Positions 50,226-63,247 of a DNA stretch of 64,000 nucleotides are shown piece by piece. The stretch is from Torpedo marmorata (lineage: Eukaryota). Each line of letters starts with the position of its first letter. The first letter of the stretch is position 1. Below the pieces are notes generated by a model that did not search any database, was not told the origin of the DNA, and worked only from the letters and a program-made list of their open reading frames with translations. Position numbers and translations under genes: made by a program. The stretch covers positions 79,422,001 through 79,486,000 of the forward strand of contig OZ360222.1 in the NCBI GenBank assembly GCA_977017645.1, given 5' to 3'.

Positions 50226-50244
50226 CATTGTGCACACAATCATA

Positions 50245-50690
50245 TAATAAAGTATGAGCAGGAGAGGGCCATTCAGCCCCTCAAGCCTGTACTGCCATTC
50301 TGTATGATCATGGCTGATATATGGTGGCCTCAAGCTCTCTTCTTCACCAGTTCTCTCTCAATTATTTGATCTTTCAAATATTTATCTATCTCCATGTTAA
50401 ATATATCTAATGATCTGGCCTCCACTACCCTCAAGACTGAACATTCCAGAGGTTCACTGCCCTCAGTTTTAAATGGCAATCCTTTATTTTGTTGCTGTGT
50501 CCCTGCATTAATGATTCTCCCACGAGTGGAAACATCGCAACATCCACTTTGTCAAGCTCCCTTAGAACCTTATATTTTTGAGTAAGGTCATTCCACATTC
50601 TTCTGAACTCCAAGGAATACAAATCCAAACTGTCTCTTGATAGGAAAACCCACATCCCAGGAATTAGTCTGATGAATCTGACACCTCCCT
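50245..50690 (-). mobile_element. CR1 3' end
   Basis: ggccattcagcccctcaagcctgtactgccattc...gatcatggctgat; ORF 50431-50694 LYSLEFRRM. Confidence 0.75.
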
Positions 50691-53199
50691 GCATTGTCCC
50701 ACCATTCCTTGGCTGACATCTCTGCCACTGTACTGTGGCTACTCTAAGGACAGACCTTTAAGTGCTGACTCACTTTCCAGCGGAGAGCATGGCAATGATG
50801 GGGCAACTGAGTACTCTGTCTGGAGACTCCCATTTAGAACCTCTTGGGATCTGCTTTAATGCAGAAATCAACAAGAATATGGCGCAGTGTTCTTTTACAT
50901 TTTTGTTGCACAATTCTACAAATCTTTCAGAGATTTAAGTAGAAATTGGTATTATTAAGAAGACAGTGCTTAATGCACCTAAAGAGGGTGAACTTCATTT
51001 TCATGCACTAACAAAATTTATCATAATTTTGGTCTCGATTAAGAAACGTGATCTTTCCACTTCAATGTCTAACATGACATTGAGAATCCTCTTTTTTTTA
51101 CTTCAATTTGAAATACATTATATCGCTGTGTCATATATTTTCAGCATGACTGTGACCTTTATTCCAGGTGGCATCTTTGTAAATTCCCATTTACATCAAT
51201 GGGAGAAACATTTTGTGACTGAGTTTCAGGACCAGTTTAGATAGAAGACCTTCTACCAGCATCTTAGCTTTATATTAGTTGACAGATGCTATGACAATAA
51301 TATGCCAAAGGAAAGTGAGAAAAACAAATCCATAAAAAGTTTTCCAGAGATTAGCCAAGAGCATGCATAGATCAACATGCCAGATTTCTTTACAGCGAAA
51401 CACTGATCTACCAACTTGAAAACTCTGCTTGGAAAAAAATAATGGAATAAGTTGTCAGTTCTGATTTAAGCAAATATGGACAATTTCATAGACGAGCTTT
51501 CTGGCCTGAAGCAGTCAGACATGCAGATAGACATCCGATGTCAATTGCATGTCCTTGAAGAGATCAGGTATAACGAATGGCTGGGAATTGCCACTACCAG
51601 TGCGTTCAGTGAGAAAAAAAAATTCAGCTCAGTTCAGGGACATGCGTAAGTAATGTGTTACCTTCTCTTCTCCCTCTTCAGCTCCTTGACAAAATGTTAA
51701 TCTAATTGTGATACTATCACTTTGATGACAATATGACAAGACAGACAAATTTGATTTTATTCTCAACAGAGCCAGCATATGCTGTGTGCGAGACTTTGAC
51801 AGAGAGAAGGGCACAAAACAAATGAAGCTCATGAATATACAATTTTTATTGTACACAATAGTGACATATAAACTTCTGAGAGAAGGTGGGATAGAATCAT
51901 TGTACTTTACTATTTCGGTTAATGGTTTTGCAAAAAAAAAAATGTCATTGGAGAATAGGAAGGCCTAATACATCTAGGTACAGAAGAACAATTTTGCCAC
52001 AAGATAAATGGGGGTCAGAAACTATGAATATATTAACAATTTTTTTGTTTCTGATAGGATTTACTGTAAAGCTGATAACTATTTTCCTTGCATCTACCAA
52101 AACAAAGTATTTAACCTTAAACAAATAATGGGAATTTACAATATGCCCCTCTACAGATTTACTTGCTTAAAAGTTTATGTTTCTTCTTGGGAAAAAATGC
52201 ACTATTAGTGAATTATTGGCTAACATTTCTTTTAATTTTTTTTTTCTGGGTGTGTAATTCTCACCATAATTTTAAATAGTTAGGGTATGAAAAACCATTA
52301 AAAGGTAATTTTCACAAATGATTAGACTATTGTTACTGGTGCTGAATGAAGAAAACTGAAATTCTGAAATAATGTATGCAATAGTTTTCAGAATTAGATC
52401 TGACTCTATGATCGTTATTGTTTTAGAAAAAAATATATTAAAATGCTTTTCAGATTTCACAATCCATCTTCCTTCAAATTTTGCACATTGCTTCAGTTGT
52501 GTGCTATTTTGTGTTGTGAATAATTGCACTAAAACTGGAACCATTGTTCTCAGCTAAATTGGCTTTTGGGTGCACATGTTCTTTTGAACTATGGTACAGA
52601 GTTCCTGCAGATTCTTCAGAGGAAGAGCTGTTGGTCCAATACTGACGTTGTCAATATCAATGCTCATGTTCCAGGAAGGCCTGGAAATAACTCAAACTAC
52701 ATAAATGACAGTTGTGCAGAGGCAAGCAGTTTTGAGAATAGTGGAAGTGACATATGTCATGCAACAGAAATTTAGAAATGGATGTATATCCATCCCTGGC
52801 CAGAGACCCTGCACATGTTTTGTCTTTGCACATTCGATGCTGGCCCCATTTCTTTTTTTAATTCAGTGTTTGTTTTGTTTGATTTTCTTGTTTTATCTCA
52901 TATTTTACAGATTGAACATTTTATCTAATGCTGTTCCTTTGTAATTCAAGCAATTTACAAATTATGACAATTGGATTCAGCATTCACATTTAAACTGGAA
53001 CATTTAATTTTTTTTAAATATCTTCACCGTGACATTTTCTAAGCAGCACCTAAATCAACGGTTTAAGAAAGATTTTCCTAAATAAGAAGTAGGATTTCAA
53101 ATCAATTTGTGATAGTAGACAATTGTCTGATAGGAAAATTTATTTAAAAGATCATTGAAAAAAAAAAGGTTAATTTTGTAGTGGGCTTGAAATGCATTT

Positions 53200-53231
53200 G
53201 ACATTTCGGGCTTGAGCCCTTCATCAAAGTA
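53200..53231 (-). ncRNA. Hammerhead ribozyme 5' portion, ending at the predicted cleavage triplet
   Basis: UACU-UUGAUGA-A-GGGC-UCAA-GCCC-GAAAUGUC followed by unrelated flank. Confidence 0.55.
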
Positions 53232-53628
53232 TGAGAAAATGCCGGCAGGCGTCCGAACAAAAGAGTGAGGGGGGGAAGGGGGGTGGCAAAGGCAGGAGAT
53301 GATAGGTGGAGAAAGGAGGGAGGGGACAGCAGCAAAGAAGGGGAGGAGGGATGGCTGAGTGGGTGGAAAAAAGCAGGAAGTACAGGTGAGGGAGGAGGGG
53401 AAGGAAAAGACAAGCAGGTTTAGTGGAAAGCAGAAAATTCAATGTTAATGCCATCTGGCTGGAGAGTGCCCAGATGGAAAATGAGATGTTGTTCCTCCAA
53501 TTTGCGGGTAGTCTGGGTGGGATAGTACATAAAGCCATGGACAGACATGTGAGTGTGGGAGTGTGACTACTGGGAGGTCGCTGTTGTTGCAGACGGAGAG
53601 GAGGTGCTCAGCAAAGCGATCTCCCAAT
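53200..53628 (-). mobile_element. Penelope-like element 3' fragment (GIY-YIG C-terminus, UTR and hammerhead)
   Basis: GDRFAEHLLSVCNNSDLPV in ORF 53445-53627; near-identical to 23578-23700; homology ends at the hammerhead GUC. Confidence 0.85.
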
Positions 53629-54044
53629 TACAGAAGAAATGCAAAGTCTGCTTTCACATAAATTTATACTGCTGCCATCATGTCTCTGGAAACCACGTCA
53701 AAGAGCTCAAAGTACATCTTAGGTCACATCTCCCAAACCTCTACTGCTCAAGGACAGGCACCCGAGACCATCATTGCCTGTAGGTTGCCTGTAAGTCTAC
53801 AGTAATCCAGTGTTGTGTTCTCAACAAATTACTGGCATGTTTTATTTTGGTTGTTTACTGGACTCACTGTCAGCAGATAGTCCTTACAGTAATTAGCTCT
53901 TTATCTCTTGACTCAATGTGGATGGCATAGTTGACTGATGCAGAACAAAGCAAGACATTGTCTAACATTATTTGGTGTCTTTGGCCACACAATAGTCTGG
54001 CACTGAAGGAATAAATATTTTCACATTCTGCAAACATAAATAAA

Positions 54045-54210
54045 AAAAGATCTGTAGATACTGCAAAACTGAAATAAAAACAAAAATGCTGGAAACACTC
54101 AGATCAGACAGCATCTGTGGAAAGTGAAATAATGTTCCGGGTCAATGACTCTTCATTCATTCAGAACCTGAACCTGACCTGGTGAGTGTTTCCAGCATTT
54201 ACTGTTTTTA
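54045..54210 (-). mobile_element. Short Penelope-derived insertion with inverted ends
   Basis: 18-bp inverted repeat aaatgctggaaacactca / tgagtgtttccagcattt; decayed hammerhead-like tgaagagtcattgacccggaac on minus. Confidence 0.6.
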
Positions 54211-54576
54211 GAACGAGAAGGAGGCTATTCTCTTTGAAAAGAGATTTTCTGTGCTGCTCCTTTGCGAAAGAGTGAACAGGAAACTGGAAAGTTTTGCAAC
54301 TGTCTCCAGCTCCTGACCGGAAGTAGCTCAGCACATTAAGCTAATGGGTACAGTGACCTTTGTGGAAGCTGGCAATATTCCACTTGACCGGCTCTGAAGC
54401 TGCAGTTATAGCTGGAAGATGTGGCAAATTTCACTGAGGACATCCTTCCTGAAGCATTGTCGTCTTACTCACTGCTGAGTTTCATGTGGAAGAATTTACT
54501 CTGAACACCCTCAGCAGATGACTCGTCAGGATTCCTGCTGTGCGTCCTTCATTCTCCTTCTCTTTCTTCCTCTTCC

Positions 54577-56012
54577 AACAGCTTAGTCGGAGTGTTCACG
54601 GACATTTTCAACCTCTCATTGCGGAAGTCAGAGGTTCCCACCTGCTTCAAAAGGGCATCAATCATCCCGGTACCCAAGAAGAGTAGTGTGAGCTGCCTCA
54701 ACGACTAGCGCCCAGTAACACTAACTTCGACTGTGATGAAATGCTTTGAGAGGCTGGTCATGGCCAGAATTAACACGTACCTAAGCAAAGATCTGGACCC
54801 ACTGCAATTCGTCTATCGTCACAATCGCTCCACAGCAGATGCAATATCGCTGGCTCTCCACTCAGCTCTGGATCACCTCAAAAACAGCAATTCATACATG
54901 CGGCTGCTCTTCCTCGACTACAGCTTAGCCTTCAATACCATTATTCCCTCAGTGCTGGTCAAGAAGCTACAAACTCTAGGCCTCTGTACCCCACTCTGCA
55001 CCTGGATCCTTGACTTTCTCATTGGAAGACAACAGTCAGTACGAATTCAGTCAAACAACATCTCGTCCTCACTGATTATCAACACAGGCGCACCGCAAGG
55101 ATGCATGCTAAGCCCACTGCTCTACTCGTTATACACCCATGACTGTGTGGCCAGGCATAATTCCAATGCCATTTACAAGTTTGCCGATAACACTACAGTT
55201 GTCGGCAGAATCACAAACGGCAATGAGGAAGCGTACAGGAGGGAGATAGATCAGTTCATTCAATGGTGTAATGACAACAACCTTGCACTCAACGTCAGCA
55301 AAACCAAGGAAATGATTGTGAACTTCAGGAGGAAGTCAGGGGAACACGACTCAGTCCTCATCGAGGGCTCAGTAGTGGAGAGGGTCAAGAACTTCAAATT
55401 CCTGGATGTCAACATCTCCGAGGATCTGTCCTGGAGCCTCCACATTAATGCAATCACAAAGAAGGCTCGCCAGCAGCTATACTTTGTGAGGTGTCTGAGG
55501 AGATGTCACCGAAGACTCTCGTAAACTTCTACAGGTGTACCGTGGAGAGCATTCTGGCTGGTTGCATCACTGCCTGGTATGGAGGCGCCAACTCTCAGGA
55601 CAAGAATAAACTCCAGAGGGTTGTTAACTCGGCCTGTGACATCACAGGCACCAGACTTCACTCCAGTGAGGACATCTACATGAGGCAGTGTCTTTAAAAA
55701 GCAGCCTCTATCCTCAAAGACCCCCACCACCCAGGCCATGCCCTCTTCACTCTGCTACCATCGGGAAAAGGTACAGGAGCCTAAAGATGAGCACTCAACG
55801 GCACAAGGACAGCTTCTTCTCCGCTGCCATCAGATTCCTGAATAATCAATGAACCAAAGACACTGCCTTACCTTTCGCGCACTATTATTTATATATTTTT
55901 TATAGTAATGTCTTAAGATGGTTATAATATGAATATTTGCACTATGATGATGTCGCAAAACACCGAATTTCATGACTTGTTCGTGACAATAAATTCTGAT
56001 TCTGATTCTGAT
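54577..56012 (+). mobile_element. Rex1/Babar copy of a second subfamily, 5'-truncated
   Basis: ORF 54733-55524 RT ([30 protein letters not shown]); tail gtgacaataaattctgattctgattctgatt. Confidence 0.92.
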
Positions 56013-56687
56013 TATTTTGTTATGCATTTGTGTTGCTTGGGAGGCTTCTTAAATAACTAGGATAGGAGGTTTCTTTACACAATGCTGTTTACTCACTGTT
56101 GGCTGACTTCCATCTTAGGAAAATAACTGTTTACACACACACATACATATACATACGCCACACAGTGGTGCACTACAGTTACTACAGTGAGAAGGGTGTA
56201 TTCTTACTCGGTTACAAAATAGTCCACATTATCCTGACTATATAACAGGCTTGTCTGTCCTCCACTTGTTGGCAGTTTGGCTGTGGTTCCTGGGAATGCC
56301 CACGAATACATCCCTGTCTGTGGTAAATGGTTTGTGCACAAGACATGAGGTCAGGGTAGAGTACTTCACTGCTATACCATCCCTCTTTATAGAACTAGGA
56401 ATGACTATAGAGGACACCAAATATTTGCACAATCAGAGCAATACCTAGCAACAAATCACAACAAATCACACATGATTTAACTTCCATGGAGGTTAAAATC
56501 CTTTATAGAGTATAAACAGAAGTGGGGGTTGAGGAGTTGAGCTTTCCAATAATGGTGTCAGGTTACAACATTGCATCTGCTGGAGTGTTACTTATGTTAC
56601 AGCAGCACGATGATTAGGTAAAAACATACAGAAATGCTGGAGGAACTCAGCCGGTTTCACAAGCGTCCATAGGAGGTAAAGATATAT

Positions 56688-56723
56688 TACCGACATTTCA
56701 GGCCTGAGCCCTTCTTCAAAGTA
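56688..56723 (-). ncRNA. Minimal type I hammerhead ribozyme motif (U3 variant)
   Basis: UACU-UUGAAGA-A-GGGC-UCAG-GCCU-GAAAUGUC-GGUA; helix I UACU/GGUA. Confidence 0.6.
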
Positions 56724-56891
56724 TAAGCAAAAAGCAGGCAGGCATCTTAAAGACTAGAGATTAAGGGGGAAGAATGGGAGGGGGAGGAGTCCACACCAAC
56801 AGCCAAAAGGTGTTAATTAGATATGATGAGGAAAAGTGAGAATTGATTTTGGCTCTGTGAAAGGAGAGAGGGAAAATGAGAGAGAGAGAGA

Positions 56892-57488
56892 AGCCCCTTT
56901 TATAGTGCAAAGAAAGCGACTGTAAAGGCAGAACATTTCTGTTTTTAAGTCGCCTCACTTACCTTCATAAAAAGTCCGATGGCAGATTGGCAAGGCGTAC
57001 TCCGAAACGCCTTGGAGGTAGACACAGAGGTAGAGAGAATCTCTCCACCTCCTCCATAAAAAGGAAGCAGCTTAAAGTGTCTGGCAAGGGGAGGTCTGAT
57101 GATGTCACGATGACGCCATCAGCCCGCGACCCAGGAGAGTTGATCTATATGGCAATGGCCGTCTTCGTTATCCATAATCCACCACGCAGCTGGAACCGCT
57201 CTGCGTTTCCCTGGCGCTGGCATGACAGAACGGTTCCAGCTGCATGGGGGATTATGGGTAACGAAGACTGCCATTGCTCGGTGCGTATGTTTGACTTCAC
57301 GGTGACGGGTGGCGCTACTGCACCACTCGCCCCGCCTCCCTCAGATTGGGAAGCCGGCTCCCGACGCAGCTCAGCATAAAGACAACGTTGGAAACATCAT
57401 ATAGGTCGTCACTATAAAAAGTAAGTTCACCTTTTTATTTTTTTTATTGAGCCTTCTTTATTGCGGGGTTGCACCATAAAAAAAGGCT
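56892..57488. mobile_element. Non-autonomous TIR element (possibly PIF/Harbinger-like) with large internal hairpins
   Basis: Imperfect TIR AGCCCCTTTTATAGTGCAA / TTGCACCATAAAAAAAGGCT; sits in a (GA)n tract with AGA on both sides; 52-bp-arm inverted repeat inside. Confidence 0.65.
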
Positions 57489-60094
57489 AGAGAGAGAGAG
57501 AGAGAGGGAGAGAGAGAGAGAAAGAAAGAAAACTAGAGGGAAGGAGATGGGGAAGAAGGGGGGTGGTTTAAAGGAAACCGGAGAAGTCAATGTTAATGCC
57601 ATCCAGTTGGAGGATGCCCAGACGGAAGATAAGGTGTTGCTCCTCCAATTTGCACGTGGTCTCCGACATGCAGTGCATGAGACCATGGACTGACATGTCA
57701 GCAAGGGAATAGGACGGGGAATTGAAATGGATGGCCACTGGGAGATCCACGCTATAGGTGGACAGAGCCTAATTAGGGTTTGCTGATGAGATCCTAATTT
57801 GACTCTATTTTCATGGGCTTTAGCTGCACAGGATATAAAACAATGTGTGCAGAAGTCCTGTTTTGTGGACTTTGTGTTCTTCACTTGATGCAGTATGGCT
57901 TGCAAAATAATTCACATCCCTCAGTAGGGCTTATTGAGTTTATCCTGGAGGATTTCAAGAGAGAAATGATCTCTAGATTTGACAGTTTACTGATGATAGC
58001 CAGGGTGACAAAACACCCCTCCGTTAGGGAGGAGGAAAATCAGCCAGATAACATTTTTGTGATCTGACCTCTGATTACATAAACTTTGGCTGTGATTGAT
58101 CACTCTCAATTAGCCCACCAACATTCACAGAACAAGGAAGGTGTTACAGCATTCTCCAACAAGAAATTAATGCATTGAGAAAAGGAGAAACAAAAAGATG
58201 AGGAGAAAACAGGTAACTGCAGTAACGTATAATTTATATATAACTGGATGTTTGTGGTGAATGGTTCCTCTCTTCTAGGTCAACAGGGGTCATGGTGCTT
58301 TTGGGGACTTGTGTCACTTCTTTTACTCTTTGACAGATGCCACTTTGGTTGATCTCTGAAAGACTTGGGTCTGCAGACATGTGCACACAGCAGGCTCGTA
58401 GAAAATAAATAAACTTCCTAAAGGATAAAAAAAATAGCCTCCACCTTCTTTGTATGCTCGGATAAAACAGTTATGACAAAATGCTAACCTACCTTGGTCA
58501 AGAAGCATTTTCTCCAATGTTCTTTAGAGAAAATGACAGAAACTTACTGCTTTGCCAGGAGCTCTAACACTTTAATTCAGCCTCTTTCACAAAGCACAGT
58601 CACAAATAAAGGCCAACAGCAGGGTAGGAAGACAGGCTTTTACAGCAATGAACATGATTAAAAGCAAGAGAAAGGAAAAGTCAAAATAAATAAAAGGTAT
58701 TCATTTTGAAAATTGTACGAGTAGCTGGAAATGAACAGAAGTTACCAGTCCTTGTTAAGTCAAACACTGCCAACGTAAAATTAACCGCATCTGACACCGA
58801 GAATCACAAAACATGATTTTCTGCCAACAAGCAAATGAGCTAGTTCAGATGATGCTTTTCAAAAAGAGAACATTCTTGCCTTGTCTCTTTGTATTGTAAC
58901 CAAGGGGTGAAACTGCCAGTTCAGGGATGTTAGTGAGGATGAAGAGGCCCCCTGTGCCTCTGACATGCTGTCCACTCGTTTCATTTGCAGACGCATGTCA
59001 CCTCAACAAAATAAGCTGCCACAACTCCTGAGGCTATCACTTGATGCTCTTACAGATGTTTTGAGCACCAACTCTGTTTTCTCTTTATCGTGCTGTTCTG
59101 GCCTCATTAGAAAAGGCGATGTCAGACTAATTTGGGATTTTTAACTTTAGTCTGCTTCTTTTGATTTAAGCAGGCAGTATTCCTTGAAGTGACCTATGTA
59201 CTGTGTCATAGGGCTGAAAGGGGGAAAATGTGCCCATGTAGTACTTTGTTTATTGTGCAGCACCAGCATGTTACATAGTTTGAATTGCATTTCTGGTTCG
59301 AGAAGAAAAACACTATCTTCATTACAATCCAATAAACAGTAAACTGTACAAAATCTGGGGACAAGAATTTAATGAACTTACTAATCATTTAAAATAAATT
59401 ATGCTGTTGAAGATGCCCTGAAAAAAATTGCTCTCCCTTAATTATACACATTGCATTTTTCTTAAAGTGGTTGCCAAGTAAAAAATGATTTAAAACGCTT
59501 TATGAATAACATTGTGCTTATTTATTAAAGGAACTGATGGTAATTATGGAAAGTGATGCATTATATATTGTGACCAGCTGGCATTTTTACTTATGGGTCT
59601 TTAGGTACTATGCAATTGAGCATAATGCAAATTAACCAAATATTTCTGATCAGTGCCCTATGGGCGTCAGACATTGTCATTTAAAGTTCTCTTCATCAGT
59701 CATTGATTTTGAGCATGCTGGAAAATTCGGTTCACCATTCATTGTACAGAAAGGTGGAACAGATTCTCACGCAGAGATTAATAGTTGTCATGTTTTCATG
59801 AGGGAAGTTGCTGTTCAATTTTATTTCTGTGACTTCTTTCTGCAGAGACTGTGCTGATTTTTGGTCACTATATCAGTAAACATGCGCACAAAAATTGGTA
59901 AACATGTGCAGAAGGATTGATATGTATCCCTTCTGCTTGGGTAGAAAATGTTATTGTCATACCTGCATTTCATAATCCATAAATGAAAAGTGCAGAATTT
60001 CACATGGTTTCCCTTTAGCTAAATCAAAATGGATTTTTAAACATTCTTTTTAAAATTATTTTGCTATTGAATAATAGATAAAAATATTGACATT

Positions 60095-60450
60095 TGGAGA
60101 CACAAGAAATTGGATATGCTGTAATCTGCACCCCACAAACAAACTCAGCAGGTCAGGCTTGTGAAGGCAAGGAGAAAAATCAATGAGATCCTGCTCCAGG
60201 ACTGAGAGTGTAAATGGGAAATAACCAGAATAGAGAGGTGAGGGGGAGAGGTGAGTCAAGAGTAGGCAAGCAATAGATGGGCCTAGGTGAGGCGAGGTTG
60301 ATGGGTAGGTGGAGTCAGATGGGGGAGGGAAAAATGGAGATAGTGACAGGAACTGGGACATGATGTGGAGAAAACAAAGGGATAATGGAATCTGATATGA
60401 TAGGAAGGTAATGAGTGGAACCAGAGAAGGGAAGGATGATGGGCAGGTGT
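60095..60450 (-). mobile_element. Degenerate Penelope-like 3' fragment; probably continues at about 62388-62540
   Basis: ggatatgctgtaatctg...aactcagcaggtcagg and a purine-rich UTR like the other copies. Confidence 0.5.
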
Positions 60451-60454
60451 AAAC

Positions 60455-62386
60455 AGTACATAGAACACTACAGCACAGTACAAGCCCTTCGGCCTATGAT
60501 GTTATGCCGACCTATATATACCTACCCAAAAAAAACGAAACCCTCCATACCTCACAACCCTCTATTTTTCGTTCATCCATGTGCATGTCGAAGAGTCTCT
60601 TAAATGCCTATATATGTATATATACATTTGTCCTGTGTATGTATTGTTTGTTTATGTGTTATGTCTGGTTGTGTGTCTGCATGTTTTGCACCAAAAACCG
60701 GAAAATGCTGTTTCGTCAGGTTATACTTGTGCAATCAGATGATAATAAACTTGAACTTTAACTTAAGCTTTCCTCCCTTCACTTTGTACAAATGTCCTCT
60801 GGTGTTTGCTACTCCTGCCCTGGGAAAAGGTGGCTGGCTGTCTACTTTATCTATGCCTCTCATAAACTTGTAGACCTCTATTAAGTCTCCTCACATCCTT
60901 CTTTGCTCCAAAGAGAAGAGCCCTAGCTCTGCTAACCTTGCCTCATAAGAGATATTTTTCAATCCAGGCAACATCCTGGTAAATCTCCTCTGCTTCCTCT
61001 CCATAGCTTCTACATCCTTCCTGTAATGAGGTGACCAGAACTGAACACAGTATTCCAAGTGTGGTCTCACCAGAGATTTATAGAGCTGCAACATCACCTC
61101 ACGACTCCTGAACTCAATCCCCCGACTAATGAAGCCCAGCGTACCATAGGCCTTCTTAACTATCCTATCAACCTGAGCGGAAACCTTGAGAGATGTATGG
61201 ATTTGGACCCCAAGGTCCCTCTTTTCTTCCACATTGTTAAGTATCCTTCGATTAACGATGTACTCTGTCTTCAGGTTTGACCTTCCAAAATGCATCACCT
61301 CACATTTATCCGGATTGAACTCCATCTGCCACTTTTCCGCCCAACTCTGCATCATGTCTGTATCCTGTTGTAATCTACAACAACCTTCAACACTACCCGC
61401 AACACCTCCAGCGTTTGTATCATCTGCAAACTTACTGATGCATCCCGCTACTTCTTCGTCCAGGTCATTTATAAAAATCACAAAGAGCAGGAGTCCCAGA
61501 ACAGATCACTGCGGAACTCCACAAGTCACTGACCTCCAGGCAGAATACTTTCCATTCACTACTACTCTCTGCTTTCTACAGGCAAGCCAATTTTGAATCC
61601 AAACAGCCAACGTTCCATGGATCCCATGCCACATGACTTTCTGAATGAGCGTCCCATGGGGGACCTTGTCAAATGCCTTACTAAAATCCATATAAACCAC
61701 ATCTACCCCACCCTACCTTCATCAATTTCTTTTGTCACTTCCTCAAAAAACTCAATTAGGCTCGTGAGGCACGACCTTCCCCTCACAAAGTAATGCTGAC
61801 TATCCCTGAGATGACTGTACTTCTCTAAATGCTTGTAAATCCTATACTTAAGAATCCTCTCCAATAGTTTGCACACTACTGACATAAGACTCACTGGTCT
61901 ATAATTCCCAGGATTCTCCCTATTACCTTTTTTAAACAAGGGGACCACATTTGCCATTTTCCAATCCTCCAGCACCTCCCCTGTGGCCAAGGAGGATGCA
62001 AAGAAAATTGGCAACGCCCCAGAAATCTCTTCCTTCCCTTTCCATAGCAACCTTTTGTTTATCTCGTCAGGTCCAGGGTACTTATGAATCCTAATGTTTT
62101 TAAGAAGATCCAGCACTTACTCATTCTTAATCTCAACATGGTCCAGGACATAAGCTTGTTCTATTCTGACCTCACATTGACCAAGGTCCTTTTCTCTGGT
62201 GAATACTGAAGCAAAGTATTCATTTAGGACCTCCCCAACCTCCTCTGCCTCCAGGCACATGTTGACTCCTTTATCCTTAAGTGGCCCTACCTTCACTCTC
62301 GTCATCTTTCTGTTTTTCACGTATGCATAGAAAGCCTTGGGGTTTTCCTTAATCCTACTTGCCAAGGCCTTCTCATGCACCCTTCT
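60455..62386 (-). mobile_element. CR1 LINE, 5'-truncated ORF2 RT and 3' UTR; Rex tail inserted at about 60610-60762 (+)
   Basis: PGPDEI..., NYRPVSLMSVVCK, YMDFSKAFDKVPH, GVPQ, SKFADDT, LVRPHLEYCVQFWSPH across ORFs 60891-62659. Confidence 0.93.
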
Positions 62387-63247
62387 AGGGGAAGGTGATA
62401 GGGGAAGAATGTGTGAGTAATGGGCAGATGGAACCAGCTGAGGGAAGGGAAAGAAATTGAGTAATGGGAGGCTGGGGTGGAATTTGGAAAGAAGGGGTGT
62501 GGGCGAAAGAAACGCAGGGAAGCATATCACCTGAAAATGGAGAATAAATGATGTAGGCTGTGTTGTAGAATAATGGCATGTACTATTACAAGAGAGATAG
62601 TGTTTACCAAAATTTAAAAAAAATTGTTGGAAATACCTGTAGCACCTGTCAATGACCATTCAACAGAATTCCTTCATTAGAACCACCCATTCAGAACTGG
62701 GTGATTTGGAATGCTGCTTTGAAGTGAAAGAGCCATTTCTGAATGAGCCAATTTTGTCGATTTGCCCTTGTGCCAATACCATTTTTTTCACTTCACCTTT
62801 GTTGGACTTTAATATTAACTATTTCTTTGCTTTGATTTCTTTAAAATGCCCTTTAAAATAGGCATTTTGCCTCCTGCATCACTAAATATTTCATTAAAAG
62901 GGGTAGAAAGAATCACTGTGTAATTGCAATAGGCAGGGATTAATTAGATCAATCTACAGCACGTCAAACTCAGACAGAGTGGACTGAATAACCTGCTTTC
63001 AGATTGTATTTTTCCGTGAATATATGGTTCTAGGTAAAATTTGATTCGCAAATCCTAGTTAATCAAATAATATTGATAATCTTCACTACATTTCAATACA
63101 CCCAGAGGCAGGACTGATTACAAGTACTTGCTAGAAGCCAGGTAACCAGTGGGCTGCCAAACAAATTGGAACCACAATATGTCTCAAAGAAGATATAACC
63201 ACAGTTAACCAAAAACTTCCACAACCTGCAGAAAGATTCTCATGAAA

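Larger units (their letters stand above)
56618..57745 (-). mobile_element. Penelope-like element 3' fragment, interrupted by a TIR element
   Basis: DLPVAIHFNSPS...KLEEQHLIFRLG..DGINIDFS (ORF 57568-57750) is a GIY-YIG C-terminus; terminal motif gaaatgctggaggaactcag. Confidence 0.85.

Noticed and set aside
51400-52775. Host coding exons (near 51470-51568 and ORF 52566-52775)
   Set aside because: Weak or missing splice signals and no recognisable protein similarity.
54540-54585. Strong splice acceptor leading into the Rex RT (exonisation)
   Set aside because: It coincides with the 5' truncation point of the Rex copy, the RT frame has a stop near 54706, and there is no evidence of use.
56987-57379. 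130-aa ORF as a gene
   Set aside because: TTG start, no recognisable domain, and it lies within a GC-rich palindromic TIR element where open frames arise by chance.
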